Positions 1-6,569 of a DNA stretch of 20,000 nucleotides are shown here, one piece after another (the first letter of the stretch is position 1; every line of letters starts with the position of its first letter). A program made the translations under genes and the position numbers. Origin of the DNA: an uncultured virus (IMG/VR IMGVR_UViG_3300042014_000090) (taxonomy: Duplodnaviria > Heunggongvirae > Uroviricota > Caudoviricetes); IMG/VR virus record IMGVR_UViG_3300042014_000090; one strand, given 5' to 3'. The notes beneath the pieces were generated by a model. The model searched no databases and was not told the origin of the DNA. It saw only the letters and a list, made by a program, of their open reading frames with translations.

Positions 1-94
1 CCGGACGCCAGTGCGTCGAGATCGGCGAGACGATCTGGAACGTCCGGTACGCCGAGGCGGGCAGGTTGGGTGTGATGCGGTTGATGGGACGCAT
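1..94 (-). CDS. 5' part of the tail-region protein downstream of the major tail protein (MRPINRITPNLPASAYRTFQIVSPISTHWRP...), truncated by the window edge
   Basis: ATG at 94-92 with a GGAGAGG RBS just upstream; open frame to the window edge; synteny after the major tail gene. Translated by hand. Confidence 0.7.
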   Translation of the reverse strand, partial: MRPINRITPNLPASAYRTFQIVSPISTHWRP

Positions 95-114
95 GGCCTC
101 TCCCCGAGGACGTG

Positions 115-870
115 TCAGAAGACGGTGGCGGTCACGTTGCGGCAGACCATGACCGCGAAGGTCAGCTCGGAGAACCCGCCGGTGGTGGCGGTGATGACCC
201 GCAGGTATCGCTCGACGGTCTGATCGTTGGCCGTGGCGATCCGCTCGACGGTGGGTCCGGCGGTCACGGCGGTGAAGGCCCCCCCGGTGACGTTGGCGAA
301 CGCATCACCCGCGCCGTTGTCGGAGGACTCCTGGAGCCGGATCGTCACGTCAGTGCCGGTGAAGGAGAACACCTGGAGGTAGGCCTGGAGGCCGAAGGCC
401 GTCGAGCCGGTGCCGAAGTCCACCGACGTGCCGTTGGCGGCACCGGTGTCGGTGCGCTTCCCGGCAGTCATCTGACGGCCCCACTCCAGACCGAAGCTGT
501 TGCACTGGGCCTGGACGGAGAACTTGAAGTCGCCGTCGTCGCCCCTCGTACCGTCGTAGTTGATCTGCTTGCCGACCATGCAGGCGGCAGGGTTACCGAG
601 AGTGGTGCCGCGTGCGTAGTAGAAGTGGACGTCGCTGGACGGCAGCGTCGACAGCCGCAGGTGGGAGCGGTCGGTGGCGGGGTTGAAGTACGAGGTGAAC
701 TCGATGTTCCCGTCGCGCTTCCCGCCGATCCGCTCATACGCCGACTTGTCGATGCCGGTGACGTCGAAGGGCGCGTTACCGCCGGATATGGTGCCGAGGG
801 AATTGATGTCTCCACTCAGGTCATATCCGTGTACATAGAAATTATCTCCGAGTCCGGACTGCTTGGCCAT
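115..870 (-). CDS. Major tail (tube) protein with a C-terminal beta-sandwich extension, 251 aa
   Basis: Start moved to MAKQSG (870) because of a GAGGAG RBS. Tail-tube-like N-terminus (FYVHGYDLSGDINSL...FDVTGIDKSAYERIGGKRDGNIEF); lies after the tail terminator. Confidence 0.75.
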   Translation of the reverse strand: MAKQSGLGDNFYVHGYDLSGDINSLGTISGGNAPFDVTGIDKSAYERIGGKRDGNIEFTSYFNPATDRSHLRLSTLPSSDVHFYYARGTTLGNPAACMVGKQINYDGTRGDDGDFKFSVQAQCNSFGLEWGRQMTAGKRTDTGAANGTSVDFGTGSTAFGLQAYLQVFSFTGTDVTIRLQESSDNGAGDAFANVTGGAFTAVTAGPTVERIATANDQTVERYLRVITATTGGFSELTFAVMVCRNVTATVF

Positions 871-898
871 GCGTGCTGTCCTCCTCGGGACATGAGGA

Positions 899-926
899 AG
901 GGCCACCCAAAAAACTGGATGGCCCT
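899..926 (-). terminator. Intergenic hairpin (terminator or stabiliser) upstream of the major tail gene
   Basis: Minus-strand RNA AGGGCCAUCCA-GUUUUU-UGGGUGGCCCU: 11-bp stem with one G-U pair, weak U-tail. Confidence 0.5.
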
Positions 927-942
927 CACGAAGAACTGGGGT

Positions 943-1398
943 TTACGCGACCTGATCCCACACGTCGTCAATGACGATCGGAATGAGGATCTGGAAGACG
1001 CGGAATTCTTTACCGTCCAAATTCATATACCCACTCTTGACCCTCAACGGCTGCCCCCAGGCACCGAAGACGTCGACGTTGCGGGCCTCACCGCCGAGAT
1101 CGAAGTCCCCGATGAGACTCGTGAACATCGCATCCACGGCCAGCGACAGGTTGGTGTCGATGTCGTCGTACGGTTCCTGGTAGGTGGAGGAGTAGACCTG
1201 CATCTCCAGCTCCAGCCGCACCGACGTGGACGCGAGCCCCGAAGTACGGATGGCCCGCATGTCCTCGATGTAGATCGCGGCAGTGATCCCATTGGTCGCC
1301 GCCTGCTTGGAGACATAGCCCAGGACGGCGTCGAAGTACCCGGTGGCCATGGCCAGCGACGCGATGTTGCCGAGGATGTTCCGCGTGTCCAGAGCCAC
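943..1398 (-). CDS. Putative tail terminator / tail completion protein
   Basis: 151 aa, GTG start with GAGGAGG RBS; size and position between the neck and major tail genes; DFDLGG motif near the C-terminus. Confidence 0.65.
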   Translation of the reverse strand: MALDTRNILGNIASLAMATGYFDAVLGYVSKQAATNGITAAIYIEDMRAIRTSGLASTSVRLELEMQVYSSTYQEPYDDIDTNLSLAVDAMFTSLIGDFDLGGEARNVDVFGAWGQPLRVKSGYMNLDGKEFRVFQILIPIVIDDVWDQVA

Positions 1399-1408
1399 CG
1401 GGACCTCC

Positions 1409-1825
1409 TCAGATCAGACGGCCACGGGCCTGGTGCTGGGACAGCACCCTTTCGGCGATGGCGTAACGCTGCCCGCCCCGGCCGAACTCGGCCTTGGTGT
1501 CACGCATCGACCAGTAGCCGGGGAAGATGGTGGCCGGGGCATTGCGGGAACCGGTGCCCTCCAGCCAGTGACCGTAGATCACGCCGTTGTCGTGGATCTT
1601 CCACCGGTTCCAAGCGACCTGGCGCTTGTCGACCTGCGTGGTGTAGTACGGCGTCTGGTGCCGCAGACGTGAGTTCAGCTTGTCCAGCCACGCATCGTGA
1701 GCGCCCTCGCCGAGTTCCCTGGCGACGTCCTTCTCGTAGTCCCGCACATGCCGGTGAATCGCGCCGGACTCGATCGGACCCGACGCACGGGAACGGAAGC
1801 TGATGTGGTATCCGACCTGAGCCAT
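1409..1825 (-). CDS. Putative neck/tail-completion protein (HK97 gp10-like), 138 aa
   Basis: Start reassigned to MAQVGY (1825). VIYGHWLEGTGSRN...FPGYW resembles the Y-x2-(W/Y)-(L/V)-E-x-GT motif of gp10-like proteins; synteny. Confidence 0.6.
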   Translation of the reverse strand: MAQVGYHISFRSRASGPIESGAIHRHVRDYEKDVARELGEGAHDAWLDKLNSRLRHQTPYYTTQVDKRQVAWNRWKIHDNGVIYGHWLEGTGSRNAPATIFPGYWSMRDTKAEFGRGGQRYAIAERVLSQHQARGRLI

Positions 1826-1842
1826 CGCCAGCACCTTTCTCG

Positions 1843-2919
1843 TCAGATCGTGCGAGTCCGGGCCTTGCGCCCGTACGTGCGGTACATCTGCTCGCGGAAG
1901 TCGACCAGAGCCTCCACGGTCGCCGCACGCCGCGCCGTGCCACCGAAGATCGACGACGCCGACATCGTGCGGAACCAGCCGGTCTGTTCCTGCATCAGCT
2001 GGTGGATCGCTTCGGCCGTCACGTACTGACGCACCGCCGCAGGCACCTGCCACACCTCAACCGTCGCCCCGCTGTTGTGCGTGGCCGCCGTCGAGCCGAG
2101 CGCGCCCCGCGACACGGTCAGGGTGCGGGGGGCGTAGATGTCGACACCGGCCGCGTGCGCGGCGATCGTCGACCCCTCAAACGCCCGCTCCACGCTCAGG
2201 ACGTTGCCGGAGATCTCCTCGATCAGCATCCGCTCGGACTCGACCAGGATGACCTCGTCCACCGAGAACTGCGTGCCGTCGGCCACCGTCAGCGACTGCG
2301 CGTTCTTGTTCGCGGTCAGCCCGGCGCCACCGACGTTCTGACCGGTGTCGATCTGCGCCCGGTCCGTCACCAGCATCCGCTCCGAATCGATCTTCAGGAT
2401 CGACCCGACACCGACCTCCGCCGACACCGCCGCCGACACATCGACACCCGTCTCCGAGGCGTCCAGCGCCTCCGACGTCACTCCGGCGCTGAGGTGGTCG
2501 TCGGTGTACCCCCACACACCAGTGATCGTGATGTCCCGCTGATGCGTCGACCCGCCACCGAACGTCGCACTGGAGGAGATGTCGATCTCCACCCGGTTGT
2601 ACGGCGGGCCGGTCCGGTTCGGCTCCAGATTGAAGTCGGCCGCCGAAATCGCCGTCCCCCCAGACGACATCGACGACACCGAGATCAGATCCGCATCGTC
2701 CAGCCACAGCCGCCACGCGACCGCGTCCTGCGCGTTGGGCCAGTCGAAATACTTCGTCGCCACCCTCGGATACAGCACCCGGTGCACCATCGCCTCCGCA
2801 TTCCGCGAAGCCGACGCAATGCACCGGTCGATGTTCCTGTTGTTCTTGGGCACTTCACCCTGATCCAGAGCCCGCTTCAAGATCTCACGGGTGGTGTAGA
2901 CAGGAACCGAGATAGCCAT
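1843..2919 (-). CDS. Head-tail adaptor/connector with inserted beta-repeat domains
   Basis: Adaptor-like N-terminus (YTTREILKRAL...IDRCIASASRNAEAMVHR), ITITGVWGY and C-terminal VPAAVRQ; GGAGGG RBS; synteny. Confidence 0.7.
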   Translation of the reverse strand: MAISVPVYTTREILKRALDQGEVPKNNRNIDRCIASASRNAEAMVHRVLYPRVATKYFDWPNAQDAVAWRLWLDDADLISVSSMSSGGTAISAADFNLEPNRTGPPYNRVEIDISSSATFGGGSTHQRDITITGVWGYTDDHLSAGVTSEALDASETGVDVSAAVSAEVGVGSILKIDSERMLVTDRAQIDTGQNVGGAGLTANKNAQSLTVADGTQFSVDEVILVESERMLIEEISGNVLSVERAFEGSTIAAHAAGVDIYAPRTLTVSRGALGSTAATHNSGATVEVWQVPAAVRQYVTAEAIHQLMQEQTGWFRTMSASSIFGGTARRAATVEALVDFREQMYRTYGRKARTRTI

Positions 2920-2938
2920 CTACACCCTCCACAAGTGA

Positions 2939-3112
2939 TCAAGTCCGGTCGCGCGGCCATTCCCAGCCGTCGAACGGGCAATGCAGAACCCCGTTGCGCC
3001 CCGCATCCAGCGGCTCACCGTCATTCGGGCACGCCACCGGCGGATACGTCAGCTCATCCCGCTTGTAGGCCATCGCCTCATCACGGATACTCAGCAGCTG
3101 CTCCCACGCCAC
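2939..3112 (-). CDS. Small Zn-ribbon-like protein, 57 aa (MAWEQLLSIRDEAMAYKRDELTYPPVACPNDGEPLDAGRNGVLHCPFDGWEWPRDRT)
   Basis: Not in the ORF track. Fills the gap between two genes, starting 3 nt after the upstream stop; CPND...HCPFD motif. Confidence 0.7.
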   Translation of the reverse strand: MAWEQLLSIRDEAMAYKRDELTYPPVACPNDGEPLDAGRNGVLHCPFDGWEWPRDRT

Positions 3113-3115
3113 GGC

Positions 3116-3742
3116 TTACTCGCCGTCGTCCTCGGCACCATCGGCCTTGGCGGCTTCATCCGCCGCACGCAGCCGGTCGGCGATCTGCGCCTTCGACCCG
3201 TACGAGGCCACGCCTCGCTTGTCGGCCTCGTCGCGCAGCTCGGCGAGCGTCTTGCCCGCGTACGGGTCCGGCTCGACCGGCTCCGGCGCAGCCTCAGCCT
3301 CGGGCTCGGCGTCGGGGGACACCGTCTCCGGCCCCGCCTCGGCAACATAGGTGGGGTGCCCCTGACCGGCCTCGGCTCCGGCCAGGGGCAGGCTCGCGAC
3401 GGCGTCCGGGGAGGATTCCGCCTGCTCGCGAGCGTTCGTAGCACCGCCATGCACGGTGATCTTCGGGGACACATCATCCTCCACAGGGGGCCAGGGAACC
3501 TGCACCTGAGACCCGCACGAGGCGCAGAAGAGATCAGGAAGCTGCACCAGACCAGGCAGCGGCCCGGACAACCGGATCGTCCACGGGCCGCGCCCACAGG
3601 TGCAGAAGACAGTGGTGAAGGAAGGGAGCCGCCGCGACACGACGACCCCCTCCTCCACATACTCGGCGCCACCGCAGTGCGGACAGGCGTCGAGGCCGAC
3701 AGCGAAACGCGTCGTACACCCGACGCACGTCAACATGCTCAT
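3116..3742 (-). CDS. Double Zn-ribbon protein with a C-terminal SAP/HeH/Rho-N-like helical domain
   Basis: CVGC..CPHC and CTC..CASC pairs, an acidic Pro/Ala linker, then YAGKTLAELRDEADKRGVASYGSKAQIADRL. Confidence 0.7.
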   Translation of the reverse strand: MSMLTCVGCTTRFAVGLDACPHCGGAEYVEEGVVVSRRLPSFTTVFCTCGRGPWTIRLSGPLPGLVQLPDLFCASCGSQVQVPWPPVEDDVSPKITVHGGATNAREQAESSPDAVASLPLAGAEAGQGHPTYVAEAGPETVSPDAEPEAEAAPEPVEPDPYAGKTLAELRDEADKRGVASYGSKAQIADRLRAADEAAKADGAEDDGE

Positions 3743-3761
3743 GGCATCTCCGAGGGAAAAG

Positions 3762-4220
3762 TCAGGCCGCAGCCACGGAAGCGCCCGTGTCCAGCGGCCA
3801 GTAGCACAAGGTCCACTTCACGGACCCCGTATTGGAAGCGGCGCAGTCCAGCAGGATCGAGCCCGGCTTCAGGATCAGCGGCTGCGCCAGCACCTTGCTC
3901 GACGGCAGGAAGTTCAGCGCGTCCTGCATCGCCGTCGCCGGAGTACCGGTGATCGAGTACATCGTGCCGACCGCGTCGGCCGTGATGTCCAGCACCGCGC
4001 ACAGATCCTGCGTGGCCCCGGCCGCTGTCGGATCGAACGTGAGCTTCGTGTTGTTCGCCTGAGTCTGAATGACCGTGGTCACCTCGCCGATGATCGACGT
4101 CACGATGACCCGGCCCGTCGCCACAGTGAACAGGGCGCTGGCGGCGGTCTGCGGCAGAGCAGCCGTAGCACGCTCCACCACCCGGCCGAAATCGCCAGCG
4201 CCCTTCAGGATCACGGACAC
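3762..4220 (-). CDS. Putative virion decoration/cement protein (paralog of 4222-4686)
   Basis: Thr/Ala/Gly-rich beta-type 152 aa protein downstream of the capsid gene; aligns by eye with its neighbour. Confidence 0.6.
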   Translation of the reverse strand: MSVILKGAGDFGRVVERATAALPQTAASALFTVATGRVIVTSIIGEVTTVIQTQANNTKLTFDPTAAGATQDLCAVLDITADAVGTMYSITGTPATAMQDALNFLPSSKVLAQPLILKPGSILLDCAASNTGSVKWTLCYWPLDTGASVAAA

Positions 4221-4221
4221 G

Positions 4222-4686
4222 TCAGGAAGCCACCAGCGTCGCGCCCGTGGTGAGCGGAACCCAGGTGCAGTAGAAGGTCAGCGCACCGTCGATGGTGCCC
4301 GTACCGGTCTGCACCAGCTCGACCGTGCCGGTGGTGACCACCAGGTTGGTCAGCGGACGCCCGCCCTTGCGGAAGTCCGGCGTGGTCGTGGACTCGTCGA
4401 CGACACCGATCGTGGTGCCCGCCGCCGTGTCCGTCGTACCCAGGTCGGTGGCCGCGACCACGGTGACGGTGTCACCGGTGGTCGGGTTCGTCTGGAGAGC
4501 CAGCGTGTTCGCGCCCGCCATGGTCGTGGTACACACCGCCCACAGAGCGGTGATCATCACCTCGCCACCGGCCACGGTGAACAGCGAGTCGGTTGTGGCG
4601 TCGGTGAGCGTACCGGTCGCCTTGGAAACAGGACCGTTCCCCAGCGTCAGCTGACGCAGCTGGGTGCCCTGAAGGATGGTCGACAT
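4222..4686 (-). CDS. Putative virion decoration/cement protein (paralog of 3762-4220)
   Basis: 154 aa, Thr-rich; shares LFTVAxG-x-V-x2-T and the C-terminal PL-x-TGA-x2-(V/A)-A with its neighbour. Confidence 0.6.
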   Translation of the reverse strand: MSTILQGTQLRQLTLGNGPVSKATGTLTDATTDSLFTVAGGEVMITALWAVCTTTMAGANTLALQTNPTTGDTVTVVAATDLGTTDTAAGTTIGVVDESTTTPDFRKGGRPLTNLVVTTGTVELVQTGTGTIDGALTFYCTWVPLTTGATLVAS

Positions 4687-4699
4687 CAGTCAGGACCCC

Positions 4700-5212
4700 T
4701 TACGAGTTCAGGTTTGCCAGGTTGGTCGGCTTGCGCATGACCATCAGGTCGTGCGCAACGTTGAGGATCGCGACGTGCTTGGTGCCGTTCGTGCCCAGGT
4801 CGGGCACGTTCAGCGACACCCACTCGAAGCCGTCCGAGAGCTGCTCGGCGCGGACCTCGACGACCACGAGGGTCTCCTCGGACGCCGCACCGACGTTGGT
4901 GATCTCGGACGCCGCCGACTGCGAGCCCTCGGTCCAGGTCTCGTCACCGTCGAGCGTGGTCTCGCTCTGGTAGTAGTACTTGGTGATGATGTCGAGATCC
5001 TGCGAGGTGCCGCCGGAAGCCGCGTTGTGCTCCTGGAGGTCCAGGTCGAGGATGTCGGTGGACGCACCCGTCGCGACGACGATGAACGACACGCCGCCGC
5101 AGTCCTTGAGGTGGATGCGGTTGCCGGTGATGGCGCCCGCCACCGCGTCCGTCGGCACTGCGCCGACGGAGACGTTGAACAGGCGACCGAGCGCGCTTGC
5201 GCCAGTGGCCAT
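4700..5212 (-). CDS. Putative capsid decoration/cement protein, 170 aa
   Basis: Strong AAAGGAG RBS; strongly GC3-biased codons; first structural gene after the capsid gene once the nuclease cassette is set aside. Confidence 0.6.
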   Translation of the reverse strand: MATGASALGRLFNVSVGAVPTDAVAGAITGNRIHLKDCGGVSFIVVATGASTDILDLDLQEHNAASGGTSQDLDIITKYYYQSETTLDGDETWTEGSQSAASEITNVGAASEETLVVVEVRAEQLSDGFEWVSLNVPDLGTNGTKHVAILNVAHDLMVMRKPTNLANLNS

Positions 5213-5233
5213 GGTTCTCTCCTTTGAGATGCC

Positions 5234-5300
5234 GGGAACGACGGGGTGTGAATGCCGTCGTCCCCACGGCTCCGGCTTGGGTGTGAATGCGCACCGGAGC
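5234..5300 (-). promoter_or_regulatory. Twin RNA hairpins with the identical loop CAUUCACACC (candidate cis-regulatory RNA)
   Basis: 12-bp direct repeat GGGTGTGAATGC at 5244-5255 and 5279-5290, each copy enclosed by a different stem. Confidence 0.65.
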
Positions 5301-5328
5301 TGTGCGGGCCGCCACGCAAAGCGGCATG

Positions 5329-5365
5329 AAAAAGACCCCCAGGGACCGGAGTCCCAGGGGGTCTT
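5329..5365 (-). terminator. Rho-independent terminator after the endonuclease VII pair
   Basis: Plus-strand AAGACCCCC-A-GGGAC-CGGA-GTCCC-A-GGGGGTCTT; the minus-strand RNA ends in a UUUUU tract. Confidence 0.75.
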
Positions 5366-5378
5366 GCTTGGGGGTTAT

Positions 5379-5852
5379 TCAGTTGTTCGAACGGAGCCGG
5401 AGCTGAGCAGCTCTCAGGTTCTCCGCCACGCGGCGGATGCGGTCGGGATCATCCTTGAATCTCCCGATTCCCCTGTTGCAGGACCAGCAGGCCAGCCCTC
5501 TCACGCATTGCCCGCAGGTTTTCTCGCCAGGGCAGCACGTGTGGTCATGGTCTACGTGTATCGACCGACGATTCGCCTCAACGTCGAACGGCTTAAGGCA
5601 CAAGTAGCAGCATCCATTCTGGGAGTCCAGGAGGGACTGCCATGCCTCGTTCGTCAGCCTGTACTTGGCATACAGACGATTACGCAGACCCCACTGTCGA
5701 GAGGCGGTGCGGGCGGCTTCAGGATCTGCTGCGTATCTCTGTCGGGAACGCTCACGCTGGTACGCCCTCACTGCATCCGCGTCCGTCCAGTCGATCTTGC
5801 TGGGACGGCTATGCCTGCGACAGGTGCAGCCTTCGGCGCACGACGGGCTCAT
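5379..5852 (-). CDS. Endonuclease VII-like (His-Me finger) nuclease with one CxxGCxCxxH unit
   Basis: QNGCCYLC...IHVDHDHTCCPGEKTCGQCVRGLACWSCNRGIGRFKDDP; ATGA overlap with the upstream paralog. Confidence 0.88.
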   Translation of the reverse strand: MSPSCAEGCTCRRHSRPSKIDWTDADAVRAYQRERSRQRYAADPEAARTASRQWGLRNRLYAKYRLTNEAWQSLLDSQNGCCYLCLKPFDVEANRRSIHVDHDHTCCPGEKTCGQCVRGLACWSCNRGIGRFKDDPDRIRRVAENLRAAQLRLRSNN

Positions 5853-6514
5853 CGTGCCTCCATGGCGCGGATCGCAGATTCCAGGCGCGCAGCGACCAGG
5901 AGCATCAGTTCGGGATCTTCTCCGAAATCTCCTATTCCGCTGTTGCAGTCACTACATGTCAGACCTCGAATGCACTTTCCGCACGTCTTCTCCGTGGGGC
6001 AGCAGCGATGGTCGTGATCCACATGAATGGCCCGGCTGTCACCTCGGCGCAGTTGGTCTCCGCAGAGATAACAGAGGCCCTCCTGCTGAGTGAAGGCGTG
6101 TTCCCACTGACGCACGGTCATTCGGTACTTGGACCAGTACGGGTTCTTGACATACCAGTTCCGGCAGGCTTCCCGATTCTTCTCCGGGTCGGCCGCTACC
6201 TGCTGACGCCTGCGCTCTCGGTCAACTGCTAGTTGCTCTTCGCGTGTTCGCTTCGGTCGTTTCGGGGGAGTGTGGCGCTTGCACGTGCAGCCATCAGGGC
6301 ACTTCGCCCCCTTGTTGACAGAGGCACCATGCCGCCCACACGTACACCCCGGCGCGCACGCTTTTGACTTGTGCCGCCCACACGTGCAGCCATCAGGGCA
6401 CTTCCCGAATTTGAAGGGGAGGCTATGACGACTGCACGCGCAGCCCGGCTCGCAAGGCCGTGAACGATGCTTACCGCAGGTGCATCCTGGGGCGCATCCC
6501 TTGATCTGAGTCAC
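5849..6514 (-). CDS. Endonuclease VII-like (His-Me finger) nuclease with five CxxGCxCxxH repeats
   Basis: QEGLCYLC...IHVDHDHRCCPTEKTCGKCIRGLTCSDCNSGIGDFGEDP; repetitive Cys/His-rich N-terminus. Confidence 0.88.
   Translation of the reverse strand: MTQIKGCAPGCTCGKHRSRPCEPGCACSRHSLPFKFGKCPDGCTCGRHKSKACAPGCTCGRHGASVNKGAKCPDGCTCKRHTPPKRPKRTREEQLAVDRERRRQQVAADPEKNREACRNWYVKNPYWSKYRMTVRQWEHAFTQQEGLCYLCGDQLRRGDSRAIHVDHDHRCCPTEKTCGKCIRGLTCSDCNSGIGDFGEDPELMLLVAARLESAIRAMEAR
6282..6404. repeat. 24-bp direct repeat CACGTGCAGCCATCAGGGCACTTC underlying two of the Cys/His repeats
   Basis: Identical copies at 6282-6305 and 6381-6404; also TGCCGCCCACACGT at 6330-6343 and 6372-6385. Confidence 0.9.
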
Positions 6515-6520
6515 ATTCAG

Positions 6521-6550
6521 ATCTTATCCAGTGGATCGAGGAAGATCCAA
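6521..6550 (-). promoter_or_regulatory. Putative leaderless sigma70/HrdB-type promoter for the endonuclease VII pair
   Basis: TTGGAT-N18-TAAGAT, with the -10 box 6 nt upstream of the GTG start; no SD sequence. Confidence 0.6.
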
Positions 6551-6569
6551 ATGTGACTACATAGAGCGA

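Noticed and set aside
5244..5290. CRISPR-like mini-array from the 12-bp repeats
   Set aside because: Only two short copies, no cas genes; better explained as hairpin loops.
5329..6569. Group I intron or intein carrying the endoVII genes
   Set aside because: The capsid gene ends with a normal C-terminus and stop, the next gene has its own RBS, and I saw no intron core elements.
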